From: Fimbriimonadales bacterium | GTDB lineage: Bacteria; Armatimonadota; Fimbriimonadia; Fimbriimonadales; ATM1 | NCBI GenBank assembly: GCA_041744215.1 | Contig: JBGTLG010000030.1 | Location: 63,793-127,792 of the forward strand | Length of the DNA stretch: 64,000 nt | Direction: 5' to 3' | Shown here: positions 25,449 through 33,094 of the stretch, piece after piece | How the letters are laid out: each line of letters begins with the position of its first letter | Numbering within the stretch: the stretch's first letter is position 1 | Notes under the pieces: generated by a model | Database searches by the model: none | What the model saw: only the letters and a program-made list of their open reading frames with translations | What the model was told of the DNA's origin: nothing | Made by a program: the position numbers and the translations under genes

Positions 25449-25454
25449 TATAAT
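25449..25454 (+). promoter_or_regulatory. Candidate -10 box (TATAAT) for tRNA-Pro
   Basis: A perfect TATAAT lies 12 nt upstream of the tRNA-Pro 5' end, back to back with the minus-strand TAGAAT. Confidence 0.5.
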
Positions 25455-25466
25455 CGCGCCCTATGT

Positions 25467-25544
25467 CGGGGCGTAGCGCAGTCTGGATAGCGCGCTTCCA
25501 TGGGGTGGAAGAGGTCGCTGGTTCGAATCCAGTCGCCCCGACCA
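25467..25544 (+). tRNA. tRNA-Pro (anticodon GGG), CCA encoded
   Basis: The hand-folded cloverleaf is CGGGGCG/TA/GCGC/AGTCTGGATA/GCGC/G/CTTCC/ATGGGGT/GGAAG/AGGTC/GCTGG/TTCGAAT/CCAGT/CGCCCCG/A/CCA, 78 nt. The C1-G72 pair and G37 fit bacterial tRNA-Pro. Confidence 0.85.
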
Positions 25545-25571
25545 TGTTTCTCCCCTTTTCACGCTACCTCC

Positions 25572-25601
25572 TTGACGGAAGAGCGGGATTTCGGCCATAA
25601 T
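25572..25601 (+). promoter_or_regulatory. Candidate sigma-70 promoter for rpmE-rpmG-rpmF
   Basis: TTGACG (25572-25577), an 18-nt spacer and CATAAT (25596-25601) are present. The GAAGGGAG SD precedes the rpmE ATG. Confidence 0.45.
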
Positions 25602-25635
25602 TGCTGACCGCGTCGTCCGAAGGGAGCCACGTCTT

Positions 25636-25854
25636 ATGAAAGCGGAAACCCATCCAAACTATGTCACTTGCGAAGTCTGGTGTGCCTGCACGCCGGAGCG
25701 GCCTGTCACGACGATACTGTCGAACGTGCCGAAGTTAACGGTGGACATTTGCTCCAACTGTCACCCGTTCTTCACGGGCCAGCAGAAGCTGGTCGACTCG
25801 GCAGGCCGTGTCGAGAAGTTCCTCCGTAAGTACGGAAAGAAAGAGGCGAAGTAA
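25636..25854 (+). CDS. rpmE: 50S ribosomal protein L31
   Basis: Begins MKAETHPNY and contains [19 protein letters not shown]. Confidence 0.9.
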   Translation: MKAETHPNYVTCEVWCACTPERPVTTILSNVPKLTVDICSNCHPFFTGQQKLVDSAGRVEKFLRKYGKKEAK

Positions 25855-25856
25855 CC

Positions 25857-26024
25857 ATGGCGAAGAAAGGCGAACATCGCGAAGTGATCCGGCTTGTCTG
25901 CACCGAAGACGGTCGCAGCACGTACACCACGACTAAGAACAAGCAGAAGACGAAGGAGCGGCTGGAACTCATGAAGTACAGCCCGGCCCTTCGCAAGCAC
26001 ACGCTCCATAGGGAGAAGAAGTAA
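25857..26024 (+). CDS. rpmG: 50S ribosomal protein L33
   Basis: This gene is not in the ORF track because it is under 60 aa. Hand translation gives [55 protein letters not shown], the L33 pattern. Its stop overlaps the rpmF ATG (TAATG). Confidence 0.85.
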   Translation: MAKKGEHREVIRLVCTEDGRSTYTTTKNKQKTKERLELMKYSPALRKHTLHREKK

Positions 26025-26212
26025 TGCCGAACCCTAAGAGAAAACACTCGCACGCGCGAAGCGCCAAGCGGCGGACCACCTGGACGACTGAAATGCCAGA
26101 GGTCACGCCGAACAAGATGGTGGGTGGCGAGCCCTTCATCAAGCCTCACTGCGCGACTCCGGACGGCTACTACAAGGGTCGGCGGCTGCCAGGCTTCAAA
26201 GACAAAGAGTAG
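26024..26212 (+). CDS. rpmF: 50S ribosomal protein L32
   Basis: Begins [17 protein letters not shown], the L32 N-terminal signature. Confidence 0.85.
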   Translation: MPNPKRKHSHARSAKRRTTWTTEMPEVTPNKMVGGEPFIKPHCATPDGYYKGRRLPGFKDKE

Positions 26213-26230
26213 CTCAGAATCCGCGATTTG

Positions 26231-26277
26231 AAGCTCCCTGAAATCCTTGAAGATTTGGGGAGCTTTCCACTTGTTTT
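26231..26277 (+). terminator. Candidate intrinsic terminator after rpmF
   Basis: The imperfect hairpin AAGCTCCC-tg-AAATC-cttgaa-GATTT-g-GGGAGCTT is followed by TCCACTTGTTTTC. Confidence 0.35.
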
Positions 26278-26365
26278 CAACACAATCCTCGTCAAAAGAA
26301 CGACAAAACGGTTTGACTTGGGTCGGAGATGGCTGGTACCATGCCGCCTAGCAAGGAGAGGATCT

Positions 26366-27016
26366 ATGCGTTCCATCGCACTTATAGCGTGCGTCTTTGG
26401 CCTGACGTTGGTCGGCCCGACGGCAATCGCAAACGATACGAAACAAGCCAAACAGGCCAAGTCTCAGCCTGCAAAAGTCGTCACTCGCAAGGCGACCTTC
26501 AAGGAAATCCCCTACAAGACCGAGTTCCGATTCGACAGAACGGTAACCGGCGGACGCCAGAAAGTCGGCCAGAAGGGCGTACCTGGGAAAATTCAACAGG
26601 TCGTCGAGATAACGACCGTCAATGGGAAGGAAACCTCGCGCAAAGTGATTCATGAGCGCCAGGTCCACCCGCCAGTGAACGAGGTTATCCTCATCGCGAA
26701 CGCCGGGGTTGCCCAAACGCGAGGCTCTTTCACCAGGACGAAGACCATGGAGGTCGTCTCGACCGCCTATTCCCCTCTGGAGCCCGGACTGGACTGGAAC
26801 ACTCGCAGTGGCATGCGGGCGCGGAGAGGCATCATAGCAGTCGACCCGAAGGTCATACCGCTCGGAACCCGCGTCTATGTCGAGGGTTACGGCTTCGCGA
26901 TTGCAGCCGACACCGGCGGCGCGATCAAGGGCAACAAGATCGACGTATGTATCATCGACCTCGACGAGATGAGGCGCTGGGGGCGCAGAACAGTCAAGAT
27001 TCACATTCTTGATTAG
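26366..27016 (+). CDS. Secreted G5-domain plus 3D-domain protein (RpfB/YabE-like cell-wall-binding/lytic protein)
   Basis: ATG 26366 follows AAGGAGAG and gives the signal peptide MRSIALIACVFGLTLVGPTAIA. The G5-like segment is KTEFRFDRTVTGGRQKVGQKGVPGK. The 3D-domain tail is VIPLGTRVYVEGYGFAIAADTGGAIKGNKIDV. Confidence 0.8.
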   Translation: MRSIALIACVFGLTLVGPTAIANDTKQAKQAKSQPAKVVTRKATFKEIPYKTEFRFDRTVTGGRQKVGQKGVPGKIQQVVEITTVNGKETSRKVIHERQVHPPVNEVILIANAGVAQTRGSFTRTKTMEVVSTAYSPLEPGLDWNTRSGMRARRGIIAVDPKVIPLGTRVYVEGYGFAIAADTGGAIKGNKIDVCIIDLDEMRRWGRRTVKIHILD

Positions 27017-27830
27017 TCCCGACCTCACCGACCCGGGAACCCTCAAACGATTTATCGCGAAGCATGACCTCGCCCCGAAAAAGGGGCTTGGCCAGCATTG
27101 GCTGTTCTCTGCGAAAGCTGTGGATGCCATCATCGCCGAGTCCCGAGGTGCGGGCGGTATCCTCGAAATCGGACCCGGCGCTGGCGTGCTCACTCAGAGA
27201 GCGACCCAGGTCGCGACCACGGTCGCGATCGACTTAGACCCACGTGTCGAAGGTGCGCTCAACGAGTCGGCCCCGGCTGCGCACTTCATCCTTGGAGATG
27301 TCTTGAGGGTGGATTTGCTCGCGATCCTCCTCGAACTGGACCGTCCTCGGCTGGTGATGTCTAATCTTCCCTACTACATCTCCACCGCCGTCATCGAGCG
27401 GCTCATCACGTGTGCGGACTCTATTGATTGGGCGGTGCTGATGCTCCAAAGAGAGGTGGGCGAGAGAATCGCCGCGCCGCCAGGCGATCGCAGGCGCGGA
27501 GCGATCAGCGTGGAAACCCAAGCGGCATTCGATGTAAAGGTGGTCGCAAAGGTCCCCCCGGGCGCATTCTTGCCGCCGCCAAAAGTGGAGTCCGCGGTGC
27601 TCAGGCTCGACCAAAGAGCTCCGACCCGGTTAGAGACGCACCTCGTGAGAGCGGCATTCAGGCAACCGCGCAAGACCCTGCTCAACAATCTTCTCTCGGC
27701 GAGGTACGCGAAACCCGAGGTCGAAACAGCGATCAGCCAGTTAGCGATTCGTCCCGATTGCCGCCCGCATCATCTTGACTTGGATCAGTGGACCGGTTTG
27801 GGAGATCGACTCCGCAGCCCCAAGAGTTGA
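27009..27830 (+). CDS. rsmA: 16S rRNA (adenine1518/1519-N6)-dimethyltransferase RsmA/KsgA
   Basis: Contains KKGLGQHWL, the SAM motif ILEIGPGAGVLT, and NLPYYIST. Confidence 0.9.
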   Translation: MISPDLTDPGTLKRFIAKHDLAPKKGLGQHWLFSAKAVDAIIAESRGAGGILEIGPGAGVLTQRATQVATTVAIDLDPRVEGALNESAPAAHFILGDVLRVDLLAILLELDRPRLVMSNLPYYISTAVIERLITCADSIDWAVLMLQREVGERIAAPPGDRRRGAISVETQAAFDVKVVAKVPPGAFLPPPKVESAVLRLDQRAPTRLETHLVRAAFRQPRKTLLNNLLSARYAKPEVETAISQLAIRPDCRPHHLDLDQWTGLGDRLRSPKS

Positions 27831-28173
27831 AACCGAACTCCCCGACGTACGCGCCGAGAAGCGTTCCACCGACCACAAGGGCTGGTGGCTGCCACCAAGG
27901 CAGAATCCCGAGCGCCATCACAACGATCATCACGGGCACACAGATGATCGTGCAACACCCGGCGATTACCGTAGCGTGGTTCACGCGATCTTTCAATCGG
28001 GTCGGCGCGAGGAGCCGAACCAGCTTCCTGCTCGTCCGTTCCGGAAACCGGCCACTCGCCTCGATAATCTCGCCCTTCCGCGACTCGCTGCGCCGGTGAA
28101 CTCCATTGACGAGCGACCACCCGAGCGCGAGTAGGGCGGCGAAGGCGAATAGAATCAACTCAGGCGATAGCAT
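27733..28173 (-). CDS. Hypothetical small multi-pass membrane protein
   Basis: It has three hydrophobic segments (LILFAFAALLALGWSLV, VIAGCCTIICVPVMIVVMALGIL, ALVVGGTLLGAYVG). The 3' end overlaps rsmA convergently by about 98 nt, so its extent is uncertain. Confidence 0.4.
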   Translation of the reverse strand: MLSPELILFAFAALLALGWSLVNGVHRRSESRKGEIIEASGRFPERTSRKLVRLLAPTRLKDRVNHATVIAGCCTIICVPVMIVVMALGILPWWQPPALVVGGTLLGAYVGEFGFNSWGCGVDLPNRSTDPSQDDAGGNRDESLTG

Positions 28174-28247
28174 AGAGGCGAAAACGGATTATGGATCAAC
28201 CGCGAACGCAGGCATCCATTGTTTCCGTCCCGCGTATCGTCTACAAA

Positions 28248-29066
28248 ATGCGAGCCAAACCCTCAGCCTTCACGCTCATCGAACTCCTCGTGGTCATCGC
28301 GATCATCGCGATTCTCGCCGCGATCCTGTTCCCCGTCTTCCAGCGAGCGAAGGAGACAGCGGTACGGACTTCCGGTATGTCCAACATGCGCCAGCTCGGC
28401 CAGGGTGTCTACCTCTATCTCACCGACCACGACGAAACCTACATGCCCTCCACGAACTACGATGCGCCGATCGACGACCCGAGCCGCATATGGACAAATC
28501 CCGTCTTCCCCTACGTCGGCAGCAAGCAGGTGTTCATCGCGCCGGGATCGACCAACAGCCGCTTCGCATCCGGATGGGCCAACCGCCATGAGCAGAGCAT
28601 CGGAATGAACGACATCGTCGCCTTCGCCACATTCGGCCTGCCGCCTGACAGAATCTGCTTTCCCGGCGAACTCAAGCTCGGCTGCTCCGCGTTCAGCGCG
28701 CCCGCGCAGACAAGCTCGATGGAATCGCCGTCGGAGGTTGGGCTGTTCGCGACCACCCCCCACGGTCCCCCAGGCACCAAGTACCGGGGCTATGTGTTCG
28801 GTTCGGACAATGGCACGGTGTACCGCCCGCACTTCACAGTGTTCACCGACCTCTCGCTTGCCGTCCCGCTCGCGGCGGATCGCGACCTCGTGATCGAACT
28901 CGGCCACCTTGATCCCAACCTCCTCAAGCCGATCTACGCCCGGTACCTCAAAACGGGCGAAGACAGAGGAACGACGCCGGTGATCTTCGCCGATTGCCAC
29001 GCGAAGTCTTACTCAGCCGCCGCGATCCGGTCGGGCTCCTCCGGGATCGTCTGGCGGTTCCGCTAA
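28248..29066 (+). CDS. Prepilin-type N-terminal cleavage/methylation domain protein (pseudopilin-like, solitary)
   Basis: Begins [36 protein letters not shown], and a C-terminal FADCHAKSY segment is present. The start was trimmed to ATG 28248. Confidence 0.8.
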   Translation: MRAKPSAFTLIELLVVIAIIAILAAILFPVFQRAKETAVRTSGMSNMRQLGQGVYLYLTDHDETYMPSTNYDAPIDDPSRIWTNPVFPYVGSKQVFIAPGSTNSRFASGWANRHEQSIGMNDIVAFATFGLPPDRICFPGELKLGCSAFSAPAQTSSMESPSEVGLFATTPHGPPGTKYRGYVFGSDNGTVYRPHFTVFTDLSLAVPLAADRDLVIELGHLDPNLLKPIYARYLKTGEDRGTTPVIFADCHAKSYSAAAIRSGSSGIVWRFR

Positions 29067-29128
29067 CGCCGCTTCGGTCCGCTGTCGCCAGCCTGGCGGA
29101 ACGCAAATCTTCAGCAATGGACGGCACC

Positions 29129-29296
29129 CCGCACCCGCGGAACGATACTCCGCACCCGCGGAACGATACTCCGCACCCGCGGAACGATACTCCGCACCCG
29201 CGGAACGATACTCCGCACCCGCGGAACGATACTCCGCACCCGCGAGAAGGTACGCCGCACCCGCGGAACGATACTCCGCACCCGCGGAACGGTTCC
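29129..29296. repeat. 21-bp tandem array C, 8 units, consensus CCGCACCCGCGGAACGATACT
   Basis: Hand-counted unit starts are 29129, 29150, 29171, 29192, 29213, 29234, 29255 and 29276. Units 1-5 and 7 are identical, and units 6 and 8 diverge in their 3' halves. The unit contains the palindrome CCGCGG. The array ends 49 bp upstream of the obg start. Confidence 0.95.
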
Positions 29297-29344
29297 GCGT
29301 GACTGCCGGACGGTTCTGCAAGCCCTTCGGAGTATCCTCTTGCC

Positions 29345-30601
29345 GTGTTCTTAGACGAGGCGGTTATCCACGTGCGCTCTGGCAAGGGCGGAGACGGGTC
29401 CGCCCATTTCCGCAAGGAGAAGCATGTGCCTCGCGGCGGGCCGGACGGCGGAGACGGCGGGCGCGGCGGCGACGTGGCGCTCATCGCCGAGCCGAAGAAG
29501 AACACGCTCATCGACTTCAGACACGAAACGAAGTTCCGCGCCGAGGACGGCCGCGACGGCGCAGGCTCAACGCGAACCGGGCGCAACGGCAAGCCGGTCG
29601 AGCTTGTGGTTCCTGTTGGGACGCGAGTGTTCGACGACGAGAGTGGTCGGCTGATGGCGGATCTGGTCGAGCCTGGGACTCGGTTCGTGGTCTGCAAGGG
29701 CGGTCGCGGCGGTCGGGGCAACACGCATTTCACGACGAGCGTCCGGCAGGCGCCGACTTTTGCGGAAAAGGGCGAGCCGGCGGTGGGGCTGCGGCTTCGG
29801 CTCGAGCTGAGTTTGCTCGCGGATGTGGGGCTGTTGGGGCTGCCGAATGCGGGGAAATCGACCCTGATCAGCCGCGTCAGCGCGGCGAAGCCGAAGATTG
29901 CCGACTACCCGTTTACGACGCTGACGCCGCAACTCGGGATCGTGCGTGTGGGCGAGACGAGCTTTGTTATGGCGGACCTGCCGGGGTTGATCGAGGGCGC
30001 GAGCGAGGGCAAGGGGCTTGGGCTGCGGTTCTTGCGCCACGCCGAGCGGACGCGTGTGGTGCTGCACGTTGTGGAGTGCGCGCCGATCGACGAGAGCGCA
30101 CCGCTGGCAAACTTGCGCCTGGTGCGTGCGGAATTGTTTCGATACTCGGAGGAGTTGGCTTCGCGGCCATCGGTGGTGGCGATGACGAAGATCGACTTGA
30201 TGCCGGACCGCGCCGAGGTGTTGCGAGAATTGGAGAAGGAGGGACTCGAGGTGTTCCCAGTTTCGGCGGTGACCGGCGAAGGGCTGGATGCGCTGCTGTT
30301 TCGGCTTGCCGCGCTCGTCGACTCGACGCCGAGGCCGATCATGCCGGTGGAGATCGAGCTAGAGGCGGATGACGCCGCGGCTTGGGAAGTGCTTTCGGGC
30401 GAGGAGGGGTACGTGGTGACTGGTGGCGAGATTGAGCGGTGGGTCGCGATGACGGATACTTCGAATATGGAAGCGCTGCAACACTTGCATCGCCGCCTGA
30501 AGAAAGCCGGAGTCATCGACGCTCTTGCGGATGCCGGAGCTGTTGAAGGCGACACGGTGAAGATTGGGCAGGTCGCCTTTAGCTACGCGGAGGATCGATG
30601 A
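29345..30601 (+). CDS. obg: GTPase Obg/CgtA
   Basis: Has a GTG start and begins MFLDEAVIHVRSGKGGDGSAHFRKEKHVPRGGPDGGDGGRGGDV (Obg fold). The G1 motif is GLPNAGKSTL, and a C-terminal OCT-like domain is present. Confidence 0.93.
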   Translation: MFLDEAVIHVRSGKGGDGSAHFRKEKHVPRGGPDGGDGGRGGDVALIAEPKKNTLIDFRHETKFRAEDGRDGAGSTRTGRNGKPVELVVPVGTRVFDDESGRLMADLVEPGTRFVVCKGGRGGRGNTHFTTSVRQAPTFAEKGEPAVGLRLRLELSLLADVGLLGLPNAGKSTLISRVSAAKPKIADYPFTTLTPQLGIVRVGETSFVMADLPGLIEGASEGKGLGLRFLRHAERTRVVLHVVECAPIDESAPLANLRLVRAELFRYSEELASRPSVVAMTKIDLMPDRAEVLRELEKEGLEVFPVSAVTGEGLDALLFRLAALVDSTPRPIMPVEIELEADDAAAWEVLSGEEGYVVTGGEIERWVAMTDTSNMEALQHLHRRLKKAGVIDALADAGAVEGDTVKIGQVAFSYAEDR

Positions 30602-31194
30602 GGCTCGGCATCTTTGGGGGCACGTTCGATCCGATCCATAACGGTCACGTTCGGCTTGCGATCGAAGCTGCGGAGGCTCTCGATTTGGATCGCGTCGTGC
30701 TTGAGGTCGCCAAGCAATCTCCTCTGAAGGAGTCTTGCTTCGCTTCGGAGGAGGACAGGCTGCAGATGGTGGAGCTGGCGGTCGAGGGAGAGCCCGGGTT
30801 GGCGGTGGGTCGGTTCGAGTTATCGCGGCCTGCGCCGAGCTACGCGGTGGATACCGTGGAGCACTACCGAAAGCAGAGCTTGGATTTGTGGCTCTTGCTT
30901 GGCGCGGACTCGCTGATGGCGCTGGATGAGTGGAAGGATCCAGATTTGCTCCTTGAGATGTGTCGTCTGGGCGTTGCGGAGCGGCCTGGTCACGTGCTGA
31001 AGCCGGAGTCAGTTTCTGTGATGCGCCGAGGCAGAGTTGACATTTTCGAGATGCGGCAGATGGACGTGAGCTCTACTGAGATTCGCGAGCGAATCGCCGA
31101 CGGTCGCTCTATCCGTGGGCTCGTGAGTGATTCGGTACTCCGTTTCATCGAAGAGAAGCGTCTTTATCGTCGAGACCGAGAGAAATTCATTTGA
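30598..31194 (+). CDS. nadD: Nicotinate-nucleotide adenylyltransferase NadD
   Basis: Contains GIFGGTFDPIHNGH and ISSTEIRERI. Its start overlaps the obg stop by 4 nt. Confidence 0.9.
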   Translation: MRLGIFGGTFDPIHNGHVRLAIEAAEALDLDRVVLEVAKQSPLKESCFASEEDRLQMVELAVEGEPGLAVGRFELSRPAPSYAVDTVEHYRKQSLDLWLLLGADSLMALDEWKDPDLLLEMCRLGVAERPGHVLKPESVSVMRRGRVDIFEMRQMDVSSTEIRERIADGRSIRGLVSDSVLRFIEEKRLYRRDREKFI

Positions 31195-31550
31195 CTTCAG
31201 AAGAGAAAGCGAAACAGATTGGAGAGATCGCTGAGTCGGCAAAAGCCGAGCGGATTGAGTTGATTGAGGTTGGCGCAAAGACCGTCATGGCTGAGTACTT
31301 CGTTGTTTGCAGCGGCAATAGCGACGTCCACTTGCGTGCGATAGCGGATCGTGTTTCGGAGAAGATGCGCGAGGCGAAATCGAAACCGCGCAGCGTGGAG
31401 GGCGCTGCGACGGGCTGGATCCTGATGGACTTTGGGGACGTAGTTCTACACGTCATGAAGGAAGACCAGCGGCAGTACTATGACCTTGAGTCTCTCTGGG
31501 CCGCAGCTCCGAAACGCGATCTCGGCGAGGTCGATGATGCAACCGCTTGA
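31191..31550 (+). CDS. rsfS: Ribosome silencing factor RsfS
   Basis: Contains YFVVCSGNSDVHLRAIADRV..WILMDFGDVVLHVM, and shows the classic nadD-rsfS coupling with a 4-nt overlap. Confidence 0.88.
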   Translation: MTSEEKAKQIGEIAESAKAERIELIEVGAKTVMAEYFVVCSGNSDVHLRAIADRVSEKMREAKSKPRSVEGAATGWILMDFGDVVLHVMKEDQRQYYDLESLWAAAPKRDLGEVDDATA

Positions 31551-32190
31551 CCCAGTGTTGGACGAGATCGAGGCGGCGCGGCGGAAGGCACACGTTTTTG
31601 AGTCGCGCGGCGAGCACGACGCGGCGGTAGCGGTGCTGGTTGAGATCGCCGAGAAGTATCCTGAACACCCGCTAGCGCGGGAGGCGCAAGCAGACGCGTT
31701 GATTGCAGCGGGCAACCTGGAGGAGGCGAAGGCGATCCTTGCAGAGATTGTTGCTTCGCACCCTGGGAGGATAGAGACAGAGCGGAAGCACGCGAAGCTG
31801 GTACTCAAACTTGAAGAGCGGAATCTGTCAGCGAGCCTGCTCCTCGGGGAAGGCGACTTTTCCACGCTCATGAACCCTGCGGGCGCGAAGCGCACAGCAG
31901 GCACAGCCGCGCTGTTAAGCTTCCTTGCACCAGGCTTCGGGCAGATTTACAATGGGCAGCTGAGTCGAGGGCTGACGCTGCTCGCGATCGCGGGGGTTCT
32001 TTGGACCCTTTTCTTCACCCTCGGGTCCTCTGAATCAAGTGGATTGACAACATTTGGGTGGATACTTGGGCTCATCATTCTCACGTTCTACATCGGCTGT
32101 TTGTTCGACGCTGCGACGTCCGCTCCGAGGGCGACGTCGACCGAGCGCCCCGAACGGCCAACGCCGCCAGTGGATAAGCCATTTGAATAA
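31534..32190 (+). CDS. TPR-like N-domain plus C-terminal two-TM membrane domain protein
   Basis: The start was trimmed to ATG 31534, overlapping the rsfS end. It has helical repeats and then LSFLAPGFGQIYNGQLSRGLTLLAIAGVLW with a second TM helix. Confidence 0.6.
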   Translation: MMQPLDPVLDEIEAARRKAHVFESRGEHDAAVAVLVEIAEKYPEHPLAREAQADALIAAGNLEEAKAILAEIVASHPGRIETERKHAKLVLKLEERNLSASLLLGEGDFSTLMNPAGAKRTAGTAALLSFLAPGFGQIYNGQLSRGLTLLAIAGVLWTLFFTLGSSESSGLTTFGWILGLIILTFYIGCLFDAATSAPRATSTERPERPTPPVDKPFE

Positions 32191-32246
32191 GGACCTAATC
32201 GAATCGATGTTCTGTACAATAATTGAGGAACGTGGAAGAGGCGACC

Positions 32247-32996
32247 ATGGCTCAGCCTGAAAAACGCACGCATGTTGTTGAGGCGCACTGGGAACACGCG
32301 ATCACCTGGGGCGTTCTCGGTATCGTCAGTCTGCTTATCGGAGTTTTCTTCGTGGTGTACGGCTACGACTGGCTCGGGGTCGACTTCACGAGCCTCAGCT
32401 TTCCGTTTCTGGCGGCCGGGCCCTTGCTGCTTGGTTATGCAGGATATCGGGTGTGGGTAAGCAGGAAGGAGCCAGCGTATACATCTCAGTGTCCCTACTG
32501 CAGCACGTACATTGAGTTCACCAGCGCTCCCGAGGAGGACTTCCTTTGCGACTCTTGCAACCGTCGGGTTCCGGTGCAGGGCGGCAAGGTTTTGGAGGTC
32601 TCAGGCGTACGCTGCGGTTTCTGCGGTGCGCTCAACTACATGAGTGATAAGACCGAAGTGCTTATCTGTGAGCAATGCGACCGAGAGATTCCATTGCTCA
32701 ACCCGATTACCGGCGAGATGAGGCACGCCCCACGGGGCTTTGCGCGAGTTGACGACGACGGTGTCTATGAGTTGAAGCTGACCGACATTGGGCGGGAGCG
32801 CGAGGCAGTGATAACGTCTCTCCAGCATATGCTGGCGCTCAACCGCAATCAAGTCAAGGACATGCTCGAAAACGTGCCTGTGACGCTGCTGACTGGGATC
32901 AATAGGCGTAAGGCTGAGATGCTCCGTGCCCAGTTAGAGGCGAGCGGCGCGACCGCTGACTTCGCTCAAATCGGCAACGCGGCACCTACCGTTTAG
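32247..32996 (+). CDS. Membrane protein with two zinc ribbons and a C-terminal ribosomal L7/L12-CTD-like domain
   Basis: It has two N-terminal TM helices. The zinc ribbons are CPYCSTY..CDSCNRR and CGFCGAL..CEQCDRE. The C-terminal roughly 65 aa, YELKLTDIGREREAVITSLQHMLALNRNQVKDMLENVPVTLLTGINRRKAEMLRAQLEASGATADF, parallel the L12 CTD pattern (FDV.L...KI.VIK.VR..TGLGLKEAKDLVE.AP..LKEGVSKEEAE.LK..LEEAGA.VE). Confidence 0.6.
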   Translation: MAQPEKRTHVVEAHWEHAITWGVLGIVSLLIGVFFVVYGYDWLGVDFTSLSFPFLAAGPLLLGYAGYRVWVSRKEPAYTSQCPYCSTYIEFTSAPEEDFLCDSCNRRVPVQGGKVLEVSGVRCGFCGALNYMSDKTEVLICEQCDREIPLLNPITGEMRHAPRGFARVDDDGVYELKLTDIGREREAVITSLQHMLALNRNQVKDMLENVPVTLLTGINRRKAEMLRAQLEASGATADFAQIGNAAPTV

Positions 32997-32997
32997 C

Positions 32998-33032
32998 GGA
33001 CGCCGCGTTCGGGTAACATGGCGCGTCCTTTG
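32998..33032 (+). terminator. Weak candidate terminator after the obg operon
   Basis: The imperfect stem GGACGC(C)GCG ... CGCGTCC is followed by TTTGGGGG. Confidence 0.3.
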
Positions 33033-33094
33033 GGGGTAAAACTGCCTTCCAAAGGCCCATAAAGCCGATCCTGTCAGGGGGCATCACGCGCACT

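Noticed and set aside
24895-25545. A 216-aa ORF presented as one gene.
   Set aside because: Its first 71 codons translate the antisense of the tRNA-Pro start region and the tRNA-Arg gene itself. The true accB starts at ATG 25332.
27733-27830. A convergent overlap of about 98 nt between rsmA and the small membrane gene was considered as a sign of antisense regulation.
   Set aside because: It is more likely an uncertain 3' extent of a weakly supported ORF. Nothing in the sequence supports a functional overlap.
2369-29296. The 21-bp arrays were considered as CRISPR arrays, or arrays A and B as termini of a mobile element.
   Set aside because: The units are contiguous with no spacers, and 21 bp is shorter than CRISPR repeats, with no cas genes nearby. 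The A-B interval is filled with core housekeeping genes and has no integrase or transposase.
28948-29733. ORFs 28994-29302 (+, TPHPRND repeats), 29013-29321 (-) and the 261-aa 28948-29733 (-) span array C.
   Set aside because: These are repeat-driven or antisense shadow frames of obg and the prepilin-like gene, with low-complexity Arg/Pro/Gly composition.
29299-30372. A 357-aa Arg-rich plus-strand ORF, with related shadow frames at 29567-30067 and 29905-30555.
   Set aside because: These are alternate or antisense frames of the unmistakable obg gene. The composition (RRRGAHRRAEEE..) is typical of GC-rich off-frame translation.
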